This document shows positions 47,793-56,327 of a stretch of 64,000 nt of DNA, piece after piece. The position numbers and the translations under genes are program-made. Under the pieces are notes generated by a model, which was not told where the DNA came from, made no database searches, and saw nothing but the letters and a program-made list of their open reading frames with translations. The DNA comes from an uncultured Bacteroidales bacterium (GTDB lineage Bacteria > Bacteroidota > Bacteroidia > Bacteroidales > WCHB1-69), in NCBI GenBank assembly GCA_905233625.1, contig CAJOFJ010000006.1, positions 46,176 to 110,175 of the forward strand. The letters are read 5' to 3'. The stretch's first letter is position 1. The number at the start of each line of letters is the position of its first letter.

Positions 47793-47821
47793 AGCAATGA
47801 CTGACAAATTGTCAGTCATTG
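47793..47821. promoter_or_regulatory. 29-nt perfect palindrome immediately upstream of the groES sigma-54 promoter
   Basis: gcaatgactgacaaattgtcagtcattgc: 14-bp arms and a 1-nt centre. The core GACAA-A-TTGTC resembles the hsp20 upstream palindrome. Confidence 0.65.
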
Positions 47822-47939
47822 CCAAGAAAAATTTTCCGGCATAAATTTTCATGGCAGCAGAAACAAAAATTTTTCCGTACCTTTGCAACGACAAGCAAAC
47901 GACAAAAAAGTATTAAAAAGCTCACTAAAAACAGATGAT

Positions 47940-48971
47940 ATGAAAAAAACATTTTTGATTGGCATACTTACTATCATGTTGGTATTACCTTCTTTTTCAC
48001 AAAAAAACAAGCCCAAACGACAGGTTCTGTTCACCCTGGAACGCAACGAAATCATATTCGAGGAAGAATTTGCTTTTCAATTGAATACCAAAGGCTCAAA
48101 CTTTTGTTGTGTTGTACAAGATCAAAGCACCTACAACACTTCCATTATATGGAATGGAAAAAGGGTTGCCTACGATGCGTTATTAGAATACCTCGACATG
48201 AAAGATTTCAACAATTCTGTATATACTTATAACACCAAAAACGGAAAATATATTCATTGCAAGCGCAAGAACTATGGTCCTTACACATACGTGGAGCCCT
48301 GTATGTTCAATTCCGAACCCAAAACAAGTGGTCGTTTCAAATTCTCGTATGACAATAAAGTCATCTATATACATGATTATGACGGAGAAATATACAAACT
48401 CAACGAAGGACGTTGGACCTACTCAAGTCCAAATAAAAAGCACACACTTCTAATTGACAAAAATTACAAGCATGTCACACTGGACGGAATTAAATACACC
48501 CTTCCCTTAGATAAAAATTTCGTTGAATATGGCACAAAACGTGATTGGCCCCAAAATATCTTTGTTCTTGACAATGGTATATGCATGATTGAGATTTATG
48601 GTCATATTTCAGGGAAATGGAAAGATTACTGTTTTCGGATTAACAAAGGGACAATCAAAGAACTCAATCCTCATGAAATCATAGATATGGAAACAGGAGA
48701 CATTACCCAATATGGGCAAGAACCCTTTAAAGAATACCCCGATGTAATACATGACAGATGGGGAGTTTTTGATAATCCTAATTTCATCTTCAACGATCCC
48801 ACTGATTCGCACATGTTTTACTCCAATTGGGATTACGACTATGTATTGATTGATGGCGAAAAATACGGACAGGCTTGCCCGCTGAACGCAATTTACGACA
48901 AGAAACGCAATGCCTTTGTATGGTACGCTTTGGAAGGCCAACAATTGGTTCGCTACACATTCCGTTTATAA
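47940..48971 (+). CDS. Hypothetical secreted protein
   Basis: Start taken at MKKTFLIGILTIMLVLPSFSQ (signal peptide); TACCTTTG -7 box near 47878. Confidence 0.5.
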   Translation: MKKTFLIGILTIMLVLPSFSQKNKPKRQVLFTLERNEIIFEEEFAFQLNTKGSNFCCVVQDQSTYNTSIIWNGKRVAYDALLEYLDMKDFNNSVYTYNTKNGKYIHCKRKNYGPYTYVEPCMFNSEPKTSGRFKFSYDNKVIYIHDYDGEIYKLNEGRWTYSSPNKKHTLLIDKNYKHVTLDGIKYTLPLDKNFVEYGTKRDWPQNIFVLDNGICMIEIYGHISGKWKDYCFRINKGTIKELNPHEIIDMETGDITQYGQEPFKEYPDVIHDRWGVFDNPNFIFNDPTDSHMFYSNWDYDYVLIDGEKYGQACPLNAIYDKKRNAFVWYALEGQQLVRYTFRL

Positions 48972-48990
48972 TTCTGGCAGTCTACTCCAA

Positions 48991-49671
48991 ATGGTCCTGT
49001 TTCTTTCCATATTGCTCACCATTCATGGTTTTTTCAGCACATATTCCACAAACACAAAGGAAGCCACAGATTTTATCGACCAACATCCCGAGATATTGGA
49101 AAATCTATCCGGAAATATGTCAAACGAAGAAGCCATCATGGCTTTGGCCATTGTAGCGCCTGAAATCAGCCAATACTCAACTGCCATAGACAAGATTCAA
49201 ATAAGGTCACTGTCTATTTCATACATACTTTATGGGCAAGGAAATTTCAGCATTGGCTATTTCCAAATGAAGCCATCATTTGCCAAGACTATAGAAACAA
49301 TCGTATCCAACCACGAGGAGTTACGTCTGCAATACCCCCAACTGATATTGGACACTCAAGATGAGACTGACAAAATGACTCAACGCGAGCAGCGACATAC
49401 CCGTCTCAAAAGGCTTGCGTCGTTAGATTGGCAATGTCAATACCTTGCGGCCTTCATCAGTATCGTAAAAAAAAGGACAGAGAACATGTCATTTGATTCC
49501 GACCTGGACCGATTGCGTTACTGGGCAACCTTATACAATGGGGGAATAAATCTCCCCGAGACCCAAGTAAGAGCATTGCAAGGAAGGCGACAATTTCCTT
49601 ATTTCGGCATAAAAAAGTTCAACTATGCTGATGTCGTGACCGAATTTTACCAATACCTCACAGGACAATAA
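48991..49671 (+). CDS. Hypothetical protein
   Basis: Start taken at the internal ATG (MVLFLSILLTIHGFF) to avoid a 62-nt overlap. No family recognised. Confidence 0.4.
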   Translation: MVLFLSILLTIHGFFSTYSTNTKEATDFIDQHPEILENLSGNMSNEEAIMALAIVAPEISQYSTAIDKIQIRSLSISYILYGQGNFSIGYFQMKPSFAKTIETIVSNHEELRLQYPQLILDTQDETDKMTQREQRHTRLKRLASLDWQCQYLAAFISIVKKRTENMSFDSDLDRLRYWATLYNGGINLPETQVRALQGRRQFPYFGIKKFNYADVVTEFYQYLTGQ

Positions 49672-49717
49672 ATCATCCGTGAAAGCACCCTCTTAATTCT
49701 TCAGACCATCATTAATA

Positions 49718-50980
49718 TTATTGAGGAGCGGACATATTCTGTATTCTACCACTCTTCAATTCAGTTGCGGAATACGGTTTCACCCCTTGGGTTTCCACCG
49801 ACAAGACTTTGGTTTTGATTTTAGTGCTAAACCTCACCTTATTATCCTTATTGTCTACAATATAGCCATCAGCTGTAAAATTCTTCTCCACAACCACCTG
49901 CTGGTTATCCTGTCTGTGAAAAATATTGTTACGACAGGTCGTACCGTTTAAACTTTTCAGGCGATACTTCTCAAAACCTTCCTGATCCAAGACAAAGGCG
50001 TTCAAAATGGCCAACTCTGCCGATGACAACTTATACCCAAAAGGAATATTAACTTCAGCACTCACACGCTCCGACAAAGTTTTAATACTGTAAGTATCCC
50101 TATCTACCGCATAAACCAGTTTCCTTACCAGTTTATAAATACCTGGCAACTTGTTGGTCAACGTAAGAGTAAGCACCACTGTACTTGCGTCTTTCTCCAC
50201 CATTGTCCAATGTTTCACATCAAACATATAACGATAAAACAGCTGCTGCACATCGAGTTCCCAAGCAATTTTGTGAGGTTGGATTTTCTTGACACTGTTG
50301 AGATCCACCTTGTCCACATGCCTTCTGTCACGTTTGCTGTAATCGTTCGGATTGTAGCTTTCGATAGAACCTTTGACATCCTTATTGATATAACGTTTGT
50401 TCAATTCCATCTTCATCTGGATAGAATCTGCAGGTCCCTTAATGTCGCGCAACTCCACAATATTACCAATCCATTCATCAAACAATACCACTTGTCCACC
50501 ACTCGTTGCGGTCAAGTCCGACACCACCTTATGACGTACATTTTTTGAAGGGAAATCCACCAATATCCGGTCATACACTTTTTTCAGGAAAGCCTGGATT
50601 TCGGCACGTTCCTCTTTTTTGCTTTTCTTTTTCTTACTGTCTTTCTGTACATGCACCACCACCTCGTTCAAAATAACAGGCTGATCTTTCATGGTGATAC
50701 GCATGCTTTTATCAGTATTGACTTTTGTCAAATCAACGAACATGGTTTCATAGCCCACCAAAGTCACTATCAGACTATCGCGAACACTCGGAATCTCCAT
50801 CGAAAAACGCCCATTTATATCCGTGATTGTTCCTACTTCAGGATGATTTTTCAGATATATGCTCACGTATGACAAACCTTCGCCCTTTACATTTACCACC
50901 TTGCCTTCAATTTTGGCAGCCCAAAGTCCATACTGCATTATACACAGCAATACAACTATAATAATGGATTTGATTTTCAT
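49718..50980 (-). CDS. Carboxypeptidase-regulatory-like (CarbopepD_reg) domain protein
   Basis: Signal peptide, then IEGKVVNVKGEGLSYVSIYLKN...TITDINGRFSM. Confidence 0.6.
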   Translation of the reverse strand: MKIKSIIIVVLLCIMQYGLWAAKIEGKVVNVKGEGLSYVSIYLKNHPEVGTITDINGRFSMEIPSVRDSLIVTLVGYETMFVDLTKVNTDKSMRITMKDQPVILNEVVVHVQKDSKKKKSKKEERAEIQAFLKKVYDRILVDFPSKNVRHKVVSDLTATSGGQVVLFDEWIGNIVELRDIKGPADSIQMKMELNKRYINKDVKGSIESYNPNDYSKRDRRHVDKVDLNSVKKIQPHKIAWELDVQQLFYRYMFDVKHWTMVEKDASTVVLTLTLTNKLPGIYKLVRKLVYAVDRDTYSIKTLSERVSAEVNIPFGYKLSSAELAILNAFVLDQEGFEKYRLKSLNGTTCRNNIFHRQDNQQVVVEKNFTADGYIVDNKDNKVRFSTKIKTKVLSVETQGVKPYSATELKSGRIQNMSAPQ

Positions 50981-51009
50981 AGCTATTAATATTTTCTAAT
51001 AGTTTTCGT

Positions 51010-52326
51010 TTACTTCCGACATAGAATGACAAGCTTTCTGTCCTGATCGACTGTCGTTCCATATAAATAGACCTCTCCTCCATCGGCAAGTTTAAGTTTC
51101 CGTCGCAATTCGTCGGCACTAAGCGGAAAATTACGGACCGACACATTGGCCTTTGAAACTTCATTTTTCAACGACATTGCCTCTTTGACAGAAAAAACAT
51201 GTCCTACTTGAAAGCATCTTCCCGGAAATGTATCCAACAGTATATCAGAAGTATAAAGATGTGTATGAGGATGCAATTTTTCCAGTCCATAACGCACTGC
51301 CACCGACTTGAACGCCCCTGCCTTCAGGATGGCGGCATTCGGCTCGTACAAATATTTTTTCACTTCATCGGCATAACTTGGCAAAGCCTCAAGCTCTTCC
51401 AGCATAGTGAAACAAAACTTCTCACACAGGTCTTTTTTCAGGTTCACCGCCACAAATTTGACATCTTCTGCCTTCTCTTTTCCCAGCAGAAAAAGCAGCT
51501 CCTTGCATTCGCCATCCACCGCCACCACATGCACTTCGAAGGTTTCGGGCAACTGTGCCAAAGCACGTTTGACATCCAACATCGGCGACAGTTTCAGCAT
51601 CAGCAGACGGCTTCTCTGCAAGAGTATATCCTTATACTGTAATATATTGGGACTACAATCCTCCAGACCAACGACCCTGACACCATGGGTATCGCGACGA
51701 GACGGATCGGCATAAATCACATCCATTTCGTCCATCCCCTGCAAAAAGTCCTCCATCGTTGTCTGGTGAATCTGAATATGATCAAGGTGCAACAATTGGC
51801 TGTTATAGGCCATTATATCGCATAATTGCCGTTGTGGTTCCACATAATGGCAGCTTGGAAATATTTGGGCAAAGGAAAGGGTATCGATGCCAAAACCGCC
51901 GGTAAGATCGGCAAAAGTTTTGCCGTTTTTTTCGGTAGAGACGCAATGCATTGCGTCTCTACGACACAATTCGGTATCGTTCTCTGTAGAAATGCGCCAT
52001 GGCACGTTTCTACAACACAATTCAGAGACATTCCCTATGGAGACGGGGCACGCCCCGTCTCTACGAATCATATTATTGATAACCAACGATTTGTATCGGG
52101 CGGTTTTCTCCGAAGAACATTGTTCCAATGCCAAAGAGGGAGGAAAAACGAAACGAGGGATAGCGCCGAAATACGGCAACTTAGCCCTCGTTTTTTGTCG
52201 TCCGTGAATCTGCCGGATGGCAAATTCAACATCTATATCTTTGAATTTTGACTTTTGCAAGGCCAGTTTATTGACATCCTCGTCAATATGGGCATCTATG
52301 AATTGCCAAGTGGCCTCATCTGTCAT
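51010..52326 (-). CDS. Class I SAM-dependent methyltransferase with THUMP-like C-terminal domain, carrying a 51-aa repeat insertion
   Basis: Motif I DLTGGFGID. The ORF stays open through three palindromic units (RRDGACPVSIGNVSELC / CRNVPWRISTENDTELC / RRDAMHCVSTEKNGKTF). Confidence 0.65.
   Translation of the reverse strand: MTDEATWQFIDAHIDEDVNKLALQKSKFKDIDVEFAIRQIHGRQKTRAKLPYFGAIPRFVFPPSLALEQCSSEKTARYKSLVINNMIRRDGACPVSIGNVSELCCRNVPWRISTENDTELCRRDAMHCVSTEKNGKTFADLTGGFGIDTLSFAQIFPSCHYVEPQRQLCDIMAYNSQLLHLDHIQIHQTTMEDFLQGMDEMDVIYADPSRRDTHGVRVVGLEDCSPNILQYKDILLQRSRLLMLKLSPMLDVKRALAQLPETFEVHVVAVDGECKELLFLLGKEKAEDVKFVAVNLKKDLCEKFCFTMLEELEALPSYADEVKKYLYEPNAAILKAGAFKSVAVRYGLEKLHPHTHLYTSDILLDTFPGRCFQVGHVFSVKEAMSLKNEVSKANVSVRNFPLSADELRRKLKLADGGEVYLYGTTVDQDRKLVILCRK
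51935..52064. repeat. Array of three 28-nt palindromic elements at an exact 51-nt period
   Basis: Units at 51935-51962 (perfect 28-nt palindrome gtagagacgcaatgcattgcgtctctac), 51986-52013 and 52037-52064. The 23-nt spacers are 16/23 identical. Confidence 0.9.
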
Positions 52327-52328
52327 GT

Positions 52329-52901
52329 TTACACCAAATTAGCGAAGCCCATAAATGCCATAGCCAAGATGCCTGCAGTAATCAGCGCGATCGGCACACC
52401 TTTCATTCCCTTGGGTACATTCACCAGTTCCAGTTGCTCACGCAGACCGGCAAAAATAACGATGGCCAGGATGAAACCCAGTGCAGAAGAAATCGCGTAA
52501 ACCGTGCTCTGAATAATACTGAACTCTTTCTGGGTTACCAGGATAGCCACACCTAAAACGGCGCAGTTAGTGGTAATCAGCGGCAAGAAAATACCCAGTG
52601 CCTGATACAACGACGGGCTGATTTTCTTGAGCATGATTTCTACCATCTGCACCAAAGCTGCAATTACCAATATGAAGCAAATAGTTTGCAGGAAGGTAAT
52701 GTTCAGCGGAACCAGCACATACGCCTGGATGCAAGAGGTGACAAGGGTGGCCAAGGTCATCACAAAAAGAACTGCCGCACCCATGCCAAGGGCAGTATTC
52801 ACTTTACCGGAAACGCCCAAAAAAGGACAAATACCAAGGAACTGCGCCAATATGATGTTATTGACCAAAACAGCTCCGATTATCATTAATATATATTCCA
52901 T
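52329..52901 (-). CDS. rnfA: Rnf electron transport complex subunit A
   Basis: 190 aa, six TM helices, LAQFLGICPFLGVS signature. Confidence 0.85.
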   Translation of the reverse strand: MEYILMIIGAVLVNNIILAQFLGICPFLGVSGKVNTALGMGAAVLFVMTLATLVTSCIQAYVLVPLNITFLQTICFILVIAALVQMVEIMLKKISPSLYQALGIFLPLITTNCAVLGVAILVTQKEFSIIQSTVYAISSALGFILAIVIFAGLREQLELVNVPKGMKGVPIALITAGILAMAFMGFANLV

Positions 52902-53012
52902 TTTATTTTAGATTTCAGGTTATAGTGTTTATTGTTTTTGAGCTATGAGCTGTGGGGTTAGAGAATTCAAAATTCAAGGTTCAAAATTCATTGCTCATCG
53001 CTCATTTGCTGA
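52902..53012. repeat. Heptamer-array module inside the rnf operon (same words as 5570-5814, inverted)
   Basis: gagctatgagctgtgggg-ttag-agaattcaaaattcaaggttcaaaattca, i.e. CATAGCT/CACAGCT words, the CTAACCCC junction and GAATTCA words in reverse complement. Confidence 0.8.
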
Positions 53013-53606
53013 TTAACTCGCCTTCTTTTTGGACTGCAGATAACGGACAAGTGCGACGGTGAAGCCGAAGACGATGAAAGCTCCGGGAGCCAGGACGAAG
53101 ATCAAGATACCATCGCCTTGGATGAACTTGTAGTCTAAGAAGGAACCGCTGCCCAGAATCTCACGAACCGAACCGATAATAGTCAACGCGATGGTGAAGC
53201 CGATGCCCATGCCGATACCGTCAAGGATGGAATCACCAACGGTGTTCTTGCTGGCAAAAGCCTCTGCCCTACCCAACACGATACAGTTGACCACAATCAA
53301 AGGGATGAAAATCCCCAGGCTGGAGGCCAGCGATGGCAAGAAACCTTGGATCAGCAAATCAATCATAGATACGAAGGTAGCAATAATCACGATAAACGAC
53401 GGGATACGCACCTTATCTGGAATCACATTTTTCAAAAGGGAGATAATGGCATTGGACATCAACAGCACGAAGGTTGTAGCCAACCCCATACCCAGGGCAT
53501 TTTTCACCGAAGTGGTGACTGCCAATGTGGGACAGGTTCCCAGCACCAGCACGAGAACAGGGTTCTCTTTGAAAAAACCTTTGGTTAAAATATTCAGTTT
53601 ACTCAT
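53013..53606 (-). CDS. rnfE: Rnf electron transport complex subunit E
   Basis: 197 aa; NPVLVLVLGTCPTLAVTT signature. Confidence 0.85.
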   Translation of the reverse strand: MSKLNILTKGFFKENPVLVLVLGTCPTLAVTTSVKNALGMGLATTFVLLMSNAIISLLKNVIPDKVRIPSFIVIIATFVSMIDLLIQGFLPSLASSLGIFIPLIVVNCIVLGRAEAFASKNTVGDSILDGIGMGIGFTIALTIIGSVREILGSGSFLDYKFIQGDGILIFVLAPGAFIVFGFTVALVRYLQSKKKAS

Positions 53607-54186
53607 GATTTTCCTCCTTTACCTGATTATAAGCAGCAACAGCACGATTCACCGCATCACAAAATGCGCGTGAGGAGATTGTGGCAGCGGTGATGGCATC
53701 CACCTCGCCACCGTCTTTCTTCACTTTAAGCGGATTCGCCGCGGGATTCATTCCCACAAACTGCTGAATAAAATGACTTTCGCTATCTGTGATTTTAGCA
53801 CCAAGGCCTGGGGTTTCGCTGTGTTTCAGCACCGCAGTTCCCAGCACTTTACCCTCGGCATCCAAGCCGACCATAATATCGAAACGGCCACTGAACGCCT
53901 TGTTGGTATAGGTCTCGACAGCAGCGCCGCAGCACTGTCCATCTTGATATGCCAAATTAACTTTCACAGGGTCTTTGTCCCCTTCCACGGTACAGGTACA
54001 TTCTTTCAATTCCCCTTGGAAGTTAGGCAACACCTGGTTGATAGCATCTTTTTTCTTCTGTTGCTGAGCGGCCTCAATCGGGTCTTTTGTCAGCGAATAA
54101 ACCGCTGCCAATGCGACACCCGCCGTAACGGCAATCAAAGTCAGCGTAATCACCAATTGCAACAGCGTAGATTCTTTCTTTGCCAT
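53599..54186 (-). CDS. rnfG: Rnf electron transport complex subunit G (FMN-binding)
   Basis: 195 aa, N-terminal TM helix, AITAATISS flavinylation-type motif. Confidence 0.8.
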   Translation of the reverse strand: MAKKESTLLQLVITLTLIAVTAGVALAAVYSLTKDPIEAAQQQKKKDAINQVLPNFQGELKECTCTVEGDKDPVKVNLAYQDGQCCGAAVETYTNKAFSGRFDIMVGLDAEGKVLGTAVLKHSETPGLGAKITDSESHFIQQFVGMNPAANPLKVKKDGGEVDAITAATISSRAFCDAVNRAVAAYNQVKEENHE

Positions 54187-54212
54187 ATTTGTAGCTTTAT
54201 ATTGGTCTAAAA

Positions 54213-55199
54213 TTATTTTGCGTATGTTTTAGGTTTGAAGCCCTTATTGATCAGCGGAACCAAGGCATTCATAATCAAAATAGAGAATGAAACACCTTCG
54301 GGATAGGCGCCGAAAAGACGGATGATGATGGTGAGCAGACCGCAGCCGGCACCAAAAATCAGCATGCCGCCACGAGAGGTGGGTGAAGTCACCATATCGG
54401 TTGCCATGAAACAGGCTCCCAGCATCATACCACCGGTTACCAGATGGAAGCAGGGGTTGACGTAAGTGGTAGGATCCACCAGATAGAAAATGCCCGAGAA
54501 CAAGAAAGCGGTCAGCAAGAATGAAACCGGAATCTCCCAGGTGATAACCTTTCTAATCAACAAGAAGATAGCTCCTATAAGGATAGCGATAGCCGACACT
54601 TCACCGAAGCTGCCGCCCATCTGTCCCAAGAGCATATCCACATACGAAGGCATCTCTGACATCAGGTCATTGACTGCCTGACCGTTTTTCACACCTTCTT
54701 TCAATATACCCAGCGGCGTGGGACCGGTAATCACATCGGCTCCCAGGTTCCAAATAGGTTTTGCCTCAGGCCAAGTGGTCATCTGAACCGGGAAGGAAAT
54801 CAGCAGGAACACACGACCCACCAAAGCGGGGTTGAAGGGGTTCTTGCCGAGACCTCCGAATGGCATTTTTGCGATGGCGATAGCCACAAACGCACCGATC
54901 ATCAATATCCAAACGGGCAGGTTTGACGGCACATTGAAAGCGAGTAACAAGCCCGTAATCACCGCCGAACCATCTGTAATGGAGACCTTCCCTTTCAGCA
55001 TAAAACGCTGAATCAGATATTCGGTCAGCATACAGGTGGCAATGGACACCAAGGTAAGAATAAGTACCGGCAGTCCAAAATAATATACGGACACTGCCAA
55101 GGCCGGAAGGAGCGCAATCACCACCGACCACATGATTTTTTTCACGGAATCATCCCCATGCACATGGGGAGAACCGGAAACTTGTAACAATTTATCCAT
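54213..55199 (-). CDS. rnfD: Rnf electron transport complex subunit D
   Basis: 328 aa polytopic; SPHVH N-terminal motif; size fits RnfD rather than NqrB. Confidence 0.8.
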   Translation of the reverse strand: MDKLLQVSGSPHVHGDDSVKKIMWSVVIALLPALAVSVYYFGLPVLILTLVSIATCMLTEYLIQRFMLKGKVSITDGSAVITGLLLAFNVPSNLPVWILMIGAFVAIAIAKMPFGGLGKNPFNPALVGRVFLLISFPVQMTTWPEAKPIWNLGADVITGPTPLGILKEGVKNGQAVNDLMSEMPSYVDMLLGQMGGSFGEVSAIAILIGAIFLLIRKVITWEIPVSFLLTAFLFSGIFYLVDPTTYVNPCFHLVTGGMMLGACFMATDMVTSPTSRGGMLIFGAGCGLLTIIIRLFGAYPEGVSFSILIMNALVPLINKGFKPKTYAK

Positions 55200-55319
55200 C
55201 AGTTCTAATTCTAAATTCTAAAATAGATTGCAAAAATAAGAAAATAATTCTTTGGTTAGGCCATTTTGATGATATTTAAATGGAAAAAATTTCAGACTTG
55301 AAAACTTAAAGCTGACAGG

Positions 55320-56324
55320 TTATAGCTTACCTGTTTCAGAGGACAGAAGCTTTTTTGCAGCCGCATCAAAAGCATCGGGTGTTTGGATTACCAGCAGAGA
55401 ATGCAGCTGTTCGTCTGTAAAATGAAAGAAATAGGCGAAATAATGCCACAATTCCTTCAGCACCGACAAACATCCATTGGTGCCACGATAGGCCTCCAAT
55501 GTCTGCTTCAGATCTTCATAAAATTCGTTAAAACGAATGACTTCATCCTTCCCAACTCGAGCCTTCTCCTTATCCTCACAAAATTTGTTAAATCCAGACA
55601 CATCACCCTTTTCATAAGCAAAACTTTGGATTTCTTCCGCCAACCTCGGATTGCGCAGGACACCCCGCCCCAACAGCCAGGTTTTTATCTGCGGAAATCG
55701 AGTGCTTATTCTTTCATAATCAGATACTTGAAAAATATCACCGCTATAAATGACAGGATGCTGGAGAACAGACAGGAACTCTTCCAGAGCATTCCAATCG
55801 GGCACTCCTGCATATTGCTGTTCGCCCAAACGAGGATGCACGACCAAAAACTCCAGCGGATATTGATTCAGCCGTCGGGCAATCTCCAGTCCTTCCTTTG
55901 GACTGTGCATGCCAAGGCGCATTTTCACCGAAAAGCGGAACGGCAACTTGCAGGCAGCCTCCACCACCGCCTCTACCTCGTCGGGGAAAGGCATAAGACC
56001 GCAACCACGGCGTTTGCGCACGATGGGAGCCATCGGGCAACCCAAATTCCAGTTAAAACGGGTATAACCGAACTCTTGGTGCAACGCATCCATAGTGTCA
56101 ACGAAATGCGAGGGCACAATACCCATCAGCTGGGGGATCAACCCCACCGCGGCATTATTTTCCGGAGCCAGGTCTTTCCATTTCCGCACATTCAGCTTGG
56201 ACTGTTCCTGGACAGGCACAAAAGGAGAAATAGCGGCATCAAAGCCGCTATAATGTCGAAATAAACAGTTTCGGAAATGATAATGTGTAAGCCCATGCAA
56301 AGGGGCCAGCCAGAGTTCAGGCAT
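55320..56324 (-). CDS. tRNA-dihydrouridine synthase family protein
   Basis: 334 aa; LAPLHGLT start, NLGCP motif, TIM-barrel Dus pattern. Confidence 0.7.
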   Translation of the reverse strand: MPELWLAPLHGLTHYHFRNCLFRHYSGFDAAISPFVPVQEQSKLNVRKWKDLAPENNAAVGLIPQLMGIVPSHFVDTMDALHQEFGYTRFNWNLGCPMAPIVRKRRGCGLMPFPDEVEAVVEAACKLPFRFSVKMRLGMHSPKEGLEIARRLNQYPLEFLVVHPRLGEQQYAGVPDWNALEEFLSVLQHPVIYSGDIFQVSDYERISTRFPQIKTWLLGRGVLRNPRLAEEIQSFAYEKGDVSGFNKFCEDKEKARVGKDEVIRFNEFYEDLKQTLEAYRGTNGCLSVLKELWHYFAYFFHFTDEQLHSLLVIQTPDAFDAAAKKLLSSETGKL

Positions 56325-56327
56325 CTC

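Noticed and set aside
51935-52064. CRISPR-like layout: 28-nt palindromic repeats separated by 23-nt spacers
   Set aside because: There are only three units, the 'spacers' are 16/23 identical to each other, and the repeats themselves diverge. No leader or cas genes are present, and the whole array lies inside an intact ORF. It is a tandemly amplified palindromic element, not a CRISPR array.
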